The notes beneath the pieces are model-generated. The model worked only from the letters and a program-made list of their open reading frames with translations. It searched no databases and was not told the DNA's origin. From NCBI RefSeq assembly GCF_000253295.1, contig NC_015717.1, forward strand, positions 3,188,575 to 3,220,574: 32,000 nucleotides of DNA, in the 5' to 3' direction. The position numbers and the translations under genes were made by a program. This document shows, piece by piece, positions 15,980 to 25,360 of this stretch (positions are counted from its first letter, which is position 1; each line of letters starts with the position of its first letter). The stretch comes from Hyphomicrobium sp. MC1 (GTDB lineage: Bacteria; Pseudomonadota; Alphaproteobacteria; Rhizobiales; Hyphomicrobiaceae).

Positions 15980-16810
15980 TCAACGACTGCCTATAAGCTG
16001 GCCTCGGAAATCGGGATTTCTTTTCTCAATAAAGGCGCGGACACCTTCTTTATGCTCGTCGCTAAAGTTCGATAAGCCCTCAAGCGCAAGCGAGGCTTCT
16101 ATGTTGGCGGAAACGATTTGCCTCAGGGTCGCATTAACGGCCATCTTGGTCGATTGTATCGCCTTCGTCGCCCCCCGCAACAACTGCTGCGCGAACGCGT
16201 CGACACTGTCGTCCAGCTCTTCGTGCGGAACGCAATAATTGATGAGGCCGATGCGCTCGGCCCGCTCGGCGCTGAGCAGGTTTCCCGTCATCAAAAATTC
16301 CTTGGCGCGCGCATAGCCGACAAGTTGCGGCCATATCGCCGATCCGCCATCGCCAGCGACGAAGCCGACCGATACGTGCGGATCGCCGATCTTTGCCTTC
16401 TCCGATGCAAAAACGACATCGCAAAATAAAGCGATGGTCGCACCAAGACCGACTGCACTGCCGTTGAGCTTGGCAATGATCGGCTTTTCGCAATCGAGAA
16501 GGCTGAAGACGATCCGCTTTGCTTCCGTTACCGTCTGATACCATCGCTCGGGATAGGTGATTAGGTCTTCCATCCATTGAACGTCGCCGCCGGCGCAAAA
16601 TGCGCGTCCCGCACCAGTCAGAACGATGACGTCGATCGTGCTGTCCGAGCCGGCATCGGTAAAGATCTGCGATAATTCGCGATGCATCCGCGCATCGGTG
16701 GCATTGAGCTTCGCGGGCCGATTCAATGTCAGGGATAGAAGGCGGTCGTTCTTTTCGATCGTGATGTCTTGATATTTTGCGTAAATTTCTGAAATCGAAT
16801 TTACCTCCAT
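15980..16810 (-). CDS. Enoyl-CoA hydratase/isomerase (crotonase) family protein
   Basis: LTLNRPAKLNATDARMHRELSQIF...VIVLTGAGRAFCAGGDV is the classic crotonase oxyanion-hole region. The start at MEVNSISEI (16810) gives a TAATG overlap with the upstream Zn-ribbon gene. Confidence 0.9.
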   Translation of the reverse strand: MEVNSISEIYAKYQDITIEKNDRLLSLTLNRPAKLNATDARMHRELSQIFTDAGSDSTIDVIVLTGAGRAFCAGGDVQWMEDLITYPERWYQTVTEAKRIVFSLLDCEKPIIAKLNGSAVGLGATIALFCDVVFASEKAKIGDPHVSVGFVAGDGGSAIWPQLVGYARAKEFLMTGNLLSAERAERIGLINYCVPHEELDDSVDAFAQQLLRGATKAIQSTKMAVNATLRQIVSANIEASLALEGLSNFSDEHKEGVRAFIEKRNPDFRGQLIGSR

Positions 16811-17025
16811 TATCGGTGAATTTCCTCGCGGACGGCTGGCGCTCGAAATTTGAACCACCCGAAATGAGTTCGGCAGACGTTGCACTTCATCAACATTTCC
16901 GACGGATGCGCACCATATAGCGAGACGACGCGAACGTCGTCGCTATTACAGTTGACGCAGGCGATGCCTCGAGCGAGCGCGGCAATCAAATCGGGCGCTT
17001 TTTGGGGCGGGCCGCTTTTCGTCAT
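16810..17025 (-). CDS. Small Zn-ribbon protein resembling the C-terminal part of PaaD (PaaJ)
   Basis: MTKSGPPQKAPDLIAALARGIACVNCNSDDVRVVSLYGAHPSEMLMKCNVCRTHFGWFKF has CxxC...CxxC followed by F-x-x-FK, as in the PaaD C-terminus. ATGA overlap with the PaaC-like stop. Confidence 0.6.
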   Translation of the reverse strand: MTKSGPPQKAPDLIAALARGIACVNCNSDDVRVVSLYGAHPSEMLMKCNVCRTHFGWFKFRAPAVREEIHR

Positions 17026-17777
17026 TGTTCGCCAACGCGCATATGTTGGAAGAGACCATCGGGAATGGCACCGGCACGTCTGCGCCGTCGGTCCCACGCA
17101 TCTGATATTTTGCGCTTTGGCAATTCTATCGCCACCTCGAGGAGCTGATAGATCCCATTGAGTTCCTTATTGAAGAGCGCATGCACCTCCTTGTTGGATG
17201 TTTTGCGAAGTCCGGAGACGTGCGTGCTGTCGTCTTGCTCAGCGGGGCCTATCCACTCGTTGGCGAGCGCGGCGCGCGCGCCGAGGCAGCTAACGAATTC
17301 AGCCTGTTCCTCGGCCTCAAACGCTTCGGCCCAACCTTTGACGTAGAGCTGATGAAAATATTGCTCCTGGTGGATCTTTTTCAGAAGAAGTCCGCCCTGA
17401 CGGTCGCTTCCATCTAAGAATCCAGTCGTGAGCGCCTTGATCGCCGCTTCTGCCGCAAAGATGGCAGCAAGGAGATCCGGCCACGATTGAGGCGGTCTAT
17501 CGAGGACGGCCATCGCATGGATGTCCTCTGCACGTCTCCCGCGCTCCAGATGATCATAGTCGAAGCCGTAGTTGACGAGATATTGAAAGAGCACTCGGGC
17601 GTGGCCGAGGGACGTGCCGCCGAGGGCGAGCAGCGTCGCGAAATCGGCCACCGATCGGCCATTGAAGACCGTCGTGAAGCACCATGCGGAGAGAGCATGT
17701 TTGGAATCCCCAACGGCGAGCAGATCGGAGATGTAATTAGGATCGGCCGTCGTGCTTTCTTCGATGATGGCGTTCAT
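17022..17777 (-). CDS. paaC: PaaC (PaaI)-like structural subunit of an aryl-CoA epoxidase/oxygenase
   Basis: 251 aa. Its ferritin-like helical sequence aligns by eye with E. coli PaaC (LLAVGDSKHALSAW..., HARVLFQYL, HQEQYFHQLYVKGW). Sits between the PaaB-like and PaaD-C-like genes. Confidence 0.7.
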   Translation of the reverse strand: MNAIIEESTTADPNYISDLLAVGDSKHALSAWCFTTVFNGRSVADFATLLALGGTSLGHARVLFQYLVNYGFDYDHLERGRRAEDIHAMAVLDRPPQSWPDLLAAIFAAEAAIKALTTGFLDGSDRQGGLLLKKIHQEQYFHQLYVKGWAEAFEAEEQAEFVSCLGARAALANEWIGPAEQDDSTHVSGLRKTSNKEVHALFNKELNGIYQLLEVAIELPKRKISDAWDRRRRRAGAIPDGLFQHMRVGEQ

Positions 17778-18010
17778 AGTATCCTTTCGGCGTTAGCGCC
17801 TCGCCCAACGGCGAGCACCTCAACAATCGCGTTGCTCCTCACTACCCACATCTCTTTCCACGGATGTTCGTCGAAGACATACCAAGCGCGCGCACGGGCG
17901 AGATCATCGCTGCCGGCGAGCACCCGCCCGAGGTGATGAAGGGTTTCCGATGAATTGCGTCGTGCGAAGACTTCATAGCCTTCTTCAGCCGCACACGCCT
18001 TTTTCGGCAT
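17774..18010 (-). CDS. paaB: PaaB-like subunit of an aryl-CoA epoxidase
   Basis: YEVFARRNSSETLHHLGRVLAGSDDLARARAWYVF...EMWVVRSNAIVEV parallels PaaB (YEVFVR...HVGSLHA...A...A...SIWVV). ATG at 18010 is preceded by AAGGAG, which overlaps the TAA of the upstream gene. Confidence 0.75.
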   Translation of the reverse strand: MPKKACAAEEGYEVFARRNSSETLHHLGRVLAGSDDLARARAWYVFDEHPWKEMWVVRSNAIVEVLAVGRGANAERIL

Positions 18011-18023
18011 AGTCCCGGACTCC

Positions 18024-18338
18024 TTAGTAGAGAATTCCATGCTCTTTCAACGTCGCTCGCGCATCGCTTGCTAAGAGGTCGATGCTCCAGGGCCGGGCCC
18101 AACCAAAATCTATTGCGACCTTGGATACACCCGATAGCTTGGACACCTTTTCCCGGATCGCAGATTCCAGAACCGCAACGCCAGGACAACTGAGGCACGG
18201 CATGCTAAGGTGGATCGTGACTTGACCGTCTTGGTCCACGTCGACGGCATGGAGCATCCCCATTCGCTCTATGCTGATCGGCACATGGGGATCATTGACG
18301 CCTTGAAGCGCGAAGATGACGTCTGAAGCTGTTACCAC
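18024..18338 (-). CDS. DUF59 (MIP18/SufT-like) domain protein, equivalent to the N-terminal part of PaaD
   Basis: VIFALQGVNDPHVPISIERMGMLHAVDVDQDGQVTIHLSMPCLSCPGVAVLESAIREKVSKLSGVSKVAIDF has the DUF59 pattern (DPE/H...I..LG.I..V, then CP..). Start uncertain. GTG 18338 is proposed (GTGGTAA overlap with the paaA stop), while the ATG at 18410 would overlap paaA by 79 nt. Confidence 0.65.
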   Translation of the reverse strand: MVTASDVIFALQGVNDPHVPISIERMGMLHAVDVDQDGQVTIHLSMPCLSCPGVAVLESAIREKVSKLSGVSKVAIDFGWARPWSIDLLASDARATLKEHGILY

Positions 18339-19294
18339 AGCGCATCTCCCCAAGACTCGTTCTGGAGTCTTTGGAGGCCCGGCTGCTTGATCGGGCCGCC
18401 TTTTTTCCACTGCCGGAACTTCTCATCCCAAGTGACCTGCGTGAAATCCCATTTTCCCGTCTCGTAGTCGAACAGGATCGGCTCTTGATAATCCAAGACG
18501 TAGGAGGATTTGTCGGTGTCGAAATGCGCAGGAACCTTGATCCCAACGGATGTGCAGAAAGGAACCACCTCAGCCAGCCACTTCTGCCGAAGCTCGTCAT
18601 TGCTGAGACCGCGGATTCTATAGAGAATTTGATCGGTTCTCTTCTTCATATGGTCGGGAACGCCAAACCACGCTGCCGCCATCGGAAAGTAGGCATCGAC
18701 GGCGTCTTGGACCCGTTTGCGCGTTTCGGCGGAATGATTCCAGAAGTGCTTGACCCAATGTTCGCCGTGGAGGACGTGGAATCGTTCCTCGAAATTGACT
18801 TTCCTGAGCGAGCGCGCATAAGGCCCATAGGAGCAGTGCTCTTCGAGGTCCATGGTCGTTACGCGACCCGCTCGATCACCCAGCATCATCATCGTGACGC
18901 ATTTGATGTAGTCGTCGATATCTTGCTCGATCAATTGGAACGAGCGGAACTTCTGAGGATCGCGGATAAAGAGATAGTCGTGCGTGTCAACGCCGAAGTC
19001 CTCAAGCAGACTGTACATCACTTGGGCATGTCCCATTTCGTCCTGGATGGCTGACGCCACCGCAATTCTATCGTTGAAGGACGGGGCATTGACCAATGCG
19101 CCGTAGTAAGCTGGCAAGGTCATAATTTCGAGGTCGGCTGCAATCATGATCGTCTGGAGGAGAACGTCTCGGTATCGCGGCGTCATGAAGTCCAAGTGCT
19201 CGACGATTTCGCCGGCGCGCAGACGCACCTGCAGCGCCAACTCGCTGCGTTCGGAATGTCCATCTTCTTCGGAGCCTGGCACAAGATCGAGCAT
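18332..19294 (-). CDS. paaA: PaaA-like di-iron catalytic subunit of an aryl-CoA epoxidase (1,2-phenylacetyl-CoA epoxidase family)
   Basis: IQDEMGHAQVMYSLLEDFG, SYGPYARSLRKVNFEERFHVLHG and GLSNDELRQKWLAEVVPF align by eye with E. coli PaaA ([51 protein letters not shown]). ATG at 19294 is preceded by GAGGAA. Confidence 0.85.
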   Translation of the reverse strand: MLDLVPGSEEDGHSERSELALQVRLRAGEIVEHLDFMTPRYRDVLLQTIMIAADLEIMTLPAYYGALVNAPSFNDRIAVASAIQDEMGHAQVMYSLLEDFGVDTHDYLFIRDPQKFRSFQLIEQDIDDYIKCVTMMMLGDRAGRVTTMDLEEHCSYGPYARSLRKVNFEERFHVLHGEHWVKHFWNHSAETRKRVQDAVDAYFPMAAAWFGVPDHMKKRTDQILYRIRGLSNDELRQKWLAEVVPFCTSVGIKVPAHFDTDKSSYVLDYQEPILFDYETGKWDFTQVTWDEKFRQWKKGGPIKQPGLQRLQNESWGDALW

Positions 19295-19307
19295 CGATTT
19301 TATTCCT

Positions 19308-19991
19308 CTATTTGGCGCGCCGGCCACTGCCACGCGTGACGCCGAGCTTCACGACCGACGAATTTGGCTTTCGTCCGTTCTCTAGACCCGCCCAGAGAAC
19401 GGCACGCAGCGTTCGAAAGAGTTCGGCACCGTCGATTTTTCGCTTTTGACGAATCTGTTCGAGCATTGCGCCGTCTTCGAGAGCCAAAACGAGACTTGCG
19501 AGCTCTTTGGCGCGTAGGTCGGTGCGGAAAAGCCCCGAGATCTGTCCTCTACGGATAACCGCCTCGAGACCTTTAAGGAGCAAGACATAGCCGCCGCTGA
19601 CATAACGAGCCGAGCGGGTGTTGGTGCCGTTGAGCTCAATCGACAGCAGGATCGTCATTAGGAGCTTGCCGGGTTCCTCGGCGGCGATATGAGCCTTGCA
19701 TAGAAGATAGCGGTCGAGGGCTTCTGATGGACCAGCTCCGTCGAGAGTCAACGCGCCGAGCAAGGGTTCGAGAACGACGGTACGCACGCGTGTCATGACG
19801 GCCAACAGCACGTCTTCTTTGTCTTTGAAGTAAAAATAGATCGCGCCCTTGGTATAGGGCGTCATTGCCGATATGTCGTCGACGCGCGCGCCAAGAAAGC
19901 CGTGCGAAAGAAATAGTTTTTCGGCGGCATCGAGAATGGCCTCGCGGGTCATTTCCCGCTTCGCTTCGCGCTTGGAAAGAACTGCTTTCAT
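19308..19991 (-). CDS. TetR/AcrR family transcriptional regulator
   Basis: N-terminal helix-turn-helix: TREAILDAAEKLFLSHGFLGARVDDISAMTPYTKGAIYFYFKDKEDVL. First gene of the minus-strand paa-like operon and divergent from the hydrolase gene. Confidence 0.9.
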   Translation of the reverse strand: MKAVLSKREAKREMTREAILDAAEKLFLSHGFLGARVDDISAMTPYTKGAIYFYFKDKEDVLLAVMTRVRTVVLEPLLGALTLDGAGPSEALDRYLLCKAHIAAEEPGKLLMTILLSIELNGTNTRSARYVSGGYVLLLKGLEAVIRRGQISGLFRTDLRAKELASLVLALEDGAMLEQIRQKRKIDGAELFRTLRAVLWAGLENGRKPNSSVVKLGVTRGSGRRAK

Positions 19992-20075
19992 TCAATATCC
20001 GGGCAAGTTGCTAAAAACATTCCAGCCAGTATCATGACGGCTGAGTGAGTTCAATGATGGAGGAACGAGCCGTAC

Positions 20076-20873
20076 ATGAGTTTTGAAATTGCGGATATCG
20101 ACGGGGCGAAAGTAGAGTATCGATTGGAGCCGCCACACCATCCAGGGTTCCCCACGATTGTGTTTCTTCACGAAGGTTTGGGCAGCGCGGCGTTGTGGAA
20201 AGATTTTCCAAAAGAGCTCGCTGAGCAAACGGGATGCGGAATTCTCGTTTATAGCCGTGCCGGATATGGTCGATCGCAAGCGGTTTCGTTGCCTCGACCT
20301 GTTGATTACATGCAAAAGGAGGGACTTGAATTTCTTCCGTCCGTCCTCGAACATTTTGGTCTCCGCGACGTAATCCTGTTTGGCCACAGCGATGGCGCAA
20401 CGATCGCACTTGTCGCTTGCGCCGGTCCCGCTGCTAAATATGTCAAAGGCGCGGTGATCGAAGCGCCCCACGTCGTCATCGAACCAATCACTGTCAGCGG
20501 CATTGCAAAGCTCGCCGATGAATTTCGAAAAGGGCCCCTCAAGGCGCGTCTGGAGCGCCATCACGGGACCAACACCGACTGTGCATTCTGGGGCTTCGCG
20601 GGAACATGGCTTAATCTCGAGAATGCCAGGTCCTGGACGATCGTGCCTCTGCTGCAAAGCATCAATCAGCCGCTCCTCGTCATCCAGGGAGATCGTGACG
20701 CCTTTGGCACGGCCTATCAAGTACACACCATTGCGAAATCGGTTTCTGGCGTCTGTGCGGTTCAAATGCTTGCCGGCTGCGGACATGCTCCTCATGTCGA
20801 AGCTCGGGCGAACGTTCTTGACGAGACCTCGCGCTTCATCGCCCATCTCACGGCCGACCGAGCCGTCGCCTGA
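20076..20873 (+). CDS. Alpha/beta-fold hydrolase
   Basis: TIVFLHEGLGS, nucleophile elbow GHSDG, C-terminal GCGHAPH. GGAGGA Shine-Dalgarno upstream of the ATG. The 368-aa antisense ORF 19992..21098 is judged spurious. Confidence 0.85.
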   Translation: MSFEIADIDGAKVEYRLEPPHHPGFPTIVFLHEGLGSAALWKDFPKELAEQTGCGILVYSRAGYGRSQAVSLPRPVDYMQKEGLEFLPSVLEHFGLRDVILFGHSDGATIALVACAGPAAKYVKGAVIEAPHVVIEPITVSGIAKLADEFRKGPLKARLERHHGTNTDCAFWGFAGTWLNLENARSWTIVPLLQSINQPLLVIQGDRDAFGTAYQVHTIAKSVSGVCAVQMLAGCGHAPHVEARANVLDETSRFIAHLTADRAVA

Positions 20874-22461
20874 ACGTTGCTGTCGGATATGTTTCCTCGG
20901 CGGAAAGCGTAGTCCACGTCTCGCGAAGCTTGCTCCGTAAGACCTTGCCGCGATCGTTGCGCGGCAACTCATCAACGAAGAAAACGTTTTTCGGGACCTT
21001 TGCGGGAGGAAGATATCGCCGACAGTGGTCCGTGAGATCAGCGGCATCGACCGTGGCTCCAGGTGCTTCGACGACGAAACAAACGACCTCCTCGCCATAG
21101 ATTCGATCTGGAACGCCCACCGCCGCCGCTTCCCTTACGCCGGCATAACCCGAGAGAACGCTATCGATCTCGGACGGCGCAATATTCATCCCGCCACGAA
21201 TGATGAGGTCTTTAGAGCGACCTGTAATATGAACGAAGCCATCGGCATCAATGATACCGAGATCGCCGGTCTTGAGAGGCGTTCCGCGGATGGGCTCGAT
21301 GACGTCGTTTCCGATAAGGTAACCTACAGCCACATGGGGGCCGCTGACCGAAATTTCTCCTTCGGTCTCATGCCCAAGGGACGCGCCGAGCGGGTCCACG
21401 ATATCGACTTTTTGGTAGAGAACAGGGCGGCCAACTGTGCCGTAGCGGAAAGCGTCTGGCCGATTGGCGCAGATCCAGTTTGCCTCCGACATCCCGTACA
21501 TTTGAATGAGTTGCAGCTCATAGGTATCTTCGAATGCCTGCCACTGCGCTGCCGAGAGAGGCGCGGTGCTGCAGGTCATCAGCCGCAAGCTGCGCATCCG
21601 GGAGGCGTTATGTTTGGCTTCACCCTCAAGCAGGATCGCGATGACGGTTGGCACCCCGACTGCAAACGTAATTCTATTGTGCTCGATCCAGGCAAAGAAC
21701 CGGCTTCTTGAAAACTTCGACGCGAAGTGAAGCGTGAGCCCCAGCTGTAAGAACGGCATCAGGCTCAGCATCTGTACTGAGGCCCACCCAAACGAGCGAT
21801 ACTCGAGCGTGCGGTCGTCCGGCGTGAGCCCCAAAGCATCGATCATCGAAAGGCCGCCGGCCCAATGAGCAAAATGATCGGCGACGACAAGCTTGGGCTT
21901 CTCGGTGGTCCCCGATGTGCAGAAGATCGTCGAAAGATCGCTGAGACCGTATGGCTCGTCCGGAAGCACCGCGTCCCGCATGACCGCATGGTTCTCTACA
22001 TCGAGAAAGGACGGAGCTTCTTTCGTCCAGCGATCATAAAGCACTGCCTGCCGCGCCAGTTCCGGGAGGCTGGTGACGGTCGACAGGCTTTTCTGCATAA
22101 GGATGGCGCGCGGCGCGCAGGTCTCGCAAAGCTCGACAAGATGCCGTTCGTTCATCTCGATATTGAGCGGACAAATGACGGCGCCCACGCGCCATATGGC
22201 GAGCCACAGGACAACCTTTTCTAAAGTCTCGTCGGCCAGCAGAACGACCTTGTCACCAGCGCCGATGCCAAGCGTTAGGACATTTCTGGCTGTCGAATCG
22301 ACGAGCGACGCAAGATCCGCATAAGTCAGGTTCGAACCCTGATCGAGATCGACAAGTGCGCGCTTATCGGGCCATCGAGAGGCATGGTCCGCCAGCAAGT
22401 GATTGATCGTCGCAAAGGAAATCGGGAAATCGAGTTCCGGAATGGAATAGAAGGCACTCAT
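20848..22461 (-). CDS. AMP-forming acyl/aryl-CoA ligase (class I adenylate-forming enzyme)
   Basis: AMP-binding signature FCTSGTTEKPK. Later motifs: YGMSE, TGDLG, GRSKDLIIRGGMNI, and the PRNDRGKV C-terminal lysine motif. Confidence 0.9.
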   Translation of the reverse strand: MSAFYSIPELDFPISFATINHLLADHASRWPDKRALVDLDQGSNLTYADLASLVDSTARNVLTLGIGAGDKVVLLADETLEKVVLWLAIWRVGAVICPLNIEMNERHLVELCETCAPRAILMQKSLSTVTSLPELARQAVLYDRWTKEAPSFLDVENHAVMRDAVLPDEPYGLSDLSTIFCTSGTTEKPKLVVADHFAHWAGGLSMIDALGLTPDDRTLEYRSFGWASVQMLSLMPFLQLGLTLHFASKFSRSRFFAWIEHNRITFAVGVPTVIAILLEGEAKHNASRMRSLRLMTCSTAPLSAAQWQAFEDTYELQLIQMYGMSEANWICANRPDAFRYGTVGRPVLYQKVDIVDPLGASLGHETEGEISVSGPHVAVGYLIGNDVIEPIRGTPLKTGDLGIIDADGFVHITGRSKDLIIRGGMNIAPSEIDSVLSGYAGVREAAAVGVPDRIYGEEVVCFVVEAPGATVDAADLTDHCRRYLPPAKVPKNVFFVDELPRNDRGKVLRSKLRETWTTLSAEETYPTATFRRRLGRP

Positions 22462-22467
22462 GGCTGC

Positions 22468-24051
22468 TCACCGTCCCGATTTCGACAAGAGGTCCGTCCA
22501 ACCCGAACGCCTCGCGGTTGCGCGCGCGATGTCGTCGCTTTCAAAGAACCGAGACAGCGTCACGCGATCGATGGGATAACGTGGCCGCATGAAGTCCTTC
22601 TCATATCCATAGGGGATCGTCGCATCGATCCCCATACCGCCCTCGAAATTGGTGTTGCTTGCGGTCCATTCTTTATCTCCCGCCGTCATTCGCTCCGCGG
22701 GCATGAAGGTTTGTCCGCGGCCTCCGGGTATTGGATTGAGAATGTCGGTGCGTGGATTGACGCGCGTCGTGAGACACCACATGATCTCGTCCATGCTGTA
22801 GATGTTAACGTCTTCACTGACGGCAATGGCGAGACGCATCCCCTGAGATGTCGACAGCAAAGCCGCCAGGAAATTGCGCTGCCATCCCTCTTCGAGACGG
22901 CTGCGCTTCTTCACCTGGATGATGACGCCACCCCAGTCGGTCATCGCATAGGGGATGTGAACGTCCTGGACGATGCCAGGTTGCAGACGGTTACAAAGCT
23001 CGAACATCGATGCTTCGCGCACCATGGTCATGAGGTTATTGTCGTCGAGCGTATGAACGCCCAGAATATGGACGAGGGATTTTTGTGTTGGCCCTTTCGA
23101 CGTAACCGCCGTGACGTGGAACGTCGGAGCCTTATACGCCTTCCCCATGTATCCAGCCCATTCAGGGTGAAAATGGTGCTTACCCTGCGTCTTATCGGCT
23201 TCGGCCTCTGCCGTTTCGTAACGCGAATCTCGCGGATCGATATAGCCTTCGAGAACGAGTTCTGCGTCAGCTAGCGCCAAGGCGTCGACGGTCTTCGCTT
23301 TGACAGTGCGCACCGGAAATCCCTGAATGGCGCCGGCGACGCCCAGCTCGTCGCAGCCATGGGGAAGGATGACATAACCAAAGGACGCCCCGGCCATGAC
23401 CGTGCAGGCGACCGGCACGCCAAAGCAAAAGGTAATCGGGATGCGCTCGCGCTTGCGGGAAGCCTCAGTCAGAACCTGCCACACGTGTGACCCCGGCGCG
23501 ATTTGAAAGGTGCCGACGTTGCCCCAACGAAAGTTGATCCTATTGTAACCGACGTCGGTGCCGCCGCCGAAAACCTCACCTGAGACAACCCTTATCCCGG
23601 ATCCGATGGTGAGTTCCGTCTCAAGCTCGGTGTGGCGGATCGGAACGAGGTAACCCAAAATCTCAGCCGGATTCTCAACGACAAATCTTTGACTGGGCGC
23701 CAGTTCGGACGGCACGAGTTCGGGTTTGATCGGCTTTGAGATCGCCTTGGCGAGTTTATGCGTGCGGTCGGTGTCGTCGCTCCAACCGAACATCTGATTG
23801 ACGACCGAAATGTCGCTAAAGAGGTTAGTGATGACGGCGTGGTTAGGCTTTCCCTTGACGGTGTTGAAGAGAGTTGGCACGCCGCCATCCAGAGTTTTCT
23901 GTATCCCGACGATTTCGAGATCGGGATCGACTTCGACGTCGGTTTCCAGCAGATATCCCGAATTTTTGAGCCAACGGATGGTATCGCCAAGGCTTTGCAG
24001 GCGCTCCCTATCGCTCGCTGCCAGTCTGTTCTCTTCCCGAATTTTGCTCAT
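22468..24051 (-). CDS. UbiD-family (prenyl-FMN dependent) decarboxylase
   Basis: 527 aa. The UbiD-like layout is recognised by eye (N-terminal LRWLKNSGYLLE..VDPDLE, central GGTDVG.NRI, FCFGVP). Genomic linkage to ubiX at 27126. Family-level call only. Confidence 0.8.
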   Translation of the reverse strand: MSKIREENRLAASDRERLQSLGDTIRWLKNSGYLLETDVEVDPDLEIVGIQKTLDGGVPTLFNTVKGKPNHAVITNLFSDISVVNQMFGWSDDTDRTHKLAKAISKPIKPELVPSELAPSQRFVVENPAEILGYLVPIRHTELETELTIGSGIRVVSGEVFGGGTDVGYNRINFRWGNVGTFQIAPGSHVWQVLTEASRKRERIPITFCFGVPVACTVMAGASFGYVILPHGCDELGVAGAIQGFPVRTVKAKTVDALALADAELVLEGYIDPRDSRYETAEAEADKTQGKHHFHPEWAGYMGKAYKAPTFHVTAVTSKGPTQKSLVHILGVHTLDDNNLMTMVREASMFELCNRLQPGIVQDVHIPYAMTDWGGVIIQVKKRSRLEEGWQRNFLAALLSTSQGMRLAIAVSEDVNIYSMDEIMWCLTTRVNPRTDILNPIPGGRGQTFMPAERMTAGDKEWTASNTNFEGGMGIDATIPYGYEKDFMRPRYPIDRVTLSRFFESDDIARATARRSGWTDLLSKSGR

Positions 24052-24075
24052 CGTTATCCGTATGTAGCTATCGTT

Positions 24076-25350
24076 TCAATTTGTGAGCCGCGGAATCGTA
24101 AGGGAGATCAGCGGAAAACAGACGATCAGGATCAGTGCAAAAACGTTGATGGCGACAAATGGAAGAACGCCGCGATAGATTTGTTCGAACGACACACCGA
24201 AGAGCGCCTTGGCGGCAAAGATGTTGAGACCGAAAGGCGGCAGAAACATTCCGATACTCAAGTTCACGACCGCGACGATGCCAAAGTGAATGGGATCGAC
24301 GTGGAACGTCGTGACGAGTGGAAGCAGGACCGGCACCAGAATGAGAATGGCTGCCGGCGGCTCAAGGACGCTCCCGACCAGGAGAAGAACAACATTGATG
24401 ATGAGCATCGTGCCCGCGTAGCCAAGATGCATTTGCTGAATTGATGCTGCGAAAGCCGCGGGCAACCCGCTTGCCGTGAGTAGCCAGGAGTACACGTTAG
24501 CCGCTGCCACAATGATTAGAATGCTACCGGTCAAGGTTGCCGAACGCTGAAAAATTTCCCAAAGTTTCACGAGCGGCATTTCGCGATGCACGACGTGCGT
24601 GACGAATATCGCGTAGACGACCGCGACGCCGGCGGCTTCCGTCGGGGTGAAGATGCCGCCATAGATGCCGCCGAAAATCACCAGGATCATGCCGAGTGAC
24701 CATGCCGCTTCACGCGTCTTCGCCCACACGTTCTCCCAACGCGCGCGAGCTGTGAGAGGCAAGCGTTCGGCTCTGGTCTTCCAGACAATGTAGACGGAAA
24801 GCAAGGTGCCGATCAGGATGCCCGGCAGTATGCCAGCTGCAAAGAGTTTGGTAAGCGATTGTTGCGCCGTCAAACTGTAGAGGATCATCGCGATCGAAGG
24901 AGGCACGACGATCGCAATAGCGCCGGCGCTCGTTATGATGCCGACGGAGAACCGCTCGCTGTATCCATTCTCGCGCATGCTTGGATAGAGCAGCCGGCCG
25001 ACCGCAACCATGCACCCAAGCGACGATCCCGAAATTGTGCCGAACATCTCCGACGAGGCGACCGTTGCAAGCGGCAATGATCCCCTGACACCACCGAGGA
25101 GAGCGAGAACCCAGTCCACGATTCGCCGGGCAATGCCGCCCTGCCCCATGATATCGCCGGCAACAATGAACAAGGGTACTGCCAATAGCGGAAAGCTTTG
25201 CAGGCTTCCGAAAATAATCGGTTGAATTGCTTCAGGCACGATGCCGTCCACATGCATAATCAGCAGCGACGCGGCGAGAATGGCAAGAAAGATCGGAAAG
25301 CCCAAAGCGATCAGGGCTGCAGGCAGGCCGATAAATAGGAGCGCCGACAT
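24076..25350 (-). CDS. dctM: TRAP transporter large permease subunit (DctM family)
   Basis: Highly hydrophobic polytopic protein starting MSALLFIGLPAALIALGFPIFLAIL (start moved to 25350). Follows the DctQ gene with a 10-nt gap. Confidence 0.9.
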   Translation of the reverse strand: MSALLFIGLPAALIALGFPIFLAILAASLLIMHVDGIVPEAIQPIIFGSLQSFPLLAVPLFIVAGDIMGQGGIARRIVDWVLALLGGVRGSLPLATVASSEMFGTISGSSLGCMVAVGRLLYPSMRENGYSERFSVGIITSAGAIAIVVPPSIAMILYSLTAQQSLTKLFAAGILPGILIGTLLSVYIVWKTRAERLPLTARARWENVWAKTREAAWSLGMILVIFGGIYGGIFTPTEAAGVAVVYAIFVTHVVHREMPLVKLWEIFQRSATLTGSILIIVAAANVYSWLLTASGLPAAFAASIQQMHLGYAGTMLIINVVLLLVGSVLEPPAAILILVPVLLPLVTTFHVDPIHFGIVAVVNLSIGMFLPPFGLNIFAAKALFGVSFEQIYRGVLPFVAINVFALILIVCFPLISLTIPRLTN

Positions 25351-25360
25351 TGGATCGTTG

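Noticed and set aside
19992-20075. TetR operator in the TetR/hydrolase divergent region (TCATTCAA ... TTCAATGA)
   Set aside because: The two 8-mers form only an imperfect inverted pair about 55 nt apart. This is not convincing as an operator.
19992-21098. 368-aa minus-strand ORF
   Set aside because: It overlaps the well-supported alpha/beta hydrolase (plus strand) and the 3' end of the CoA ligase. The translation is Arg/Ser-rich without motifs, so it is judged an antisense artefact.
22384-23274. 296-aa plus-strand ORF. Similar long antisense ORFs occur at 23758-24444, 21025-21711, 18371-19054, 3916-4470 and 1959-2519
   Set aside because: All lie opposite strongly supported genes (UbiD-like, DctM, CoA ligase, PaaA-like, DUF2130, OLD) and lack motifs. 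These are typical shadow ORFs.
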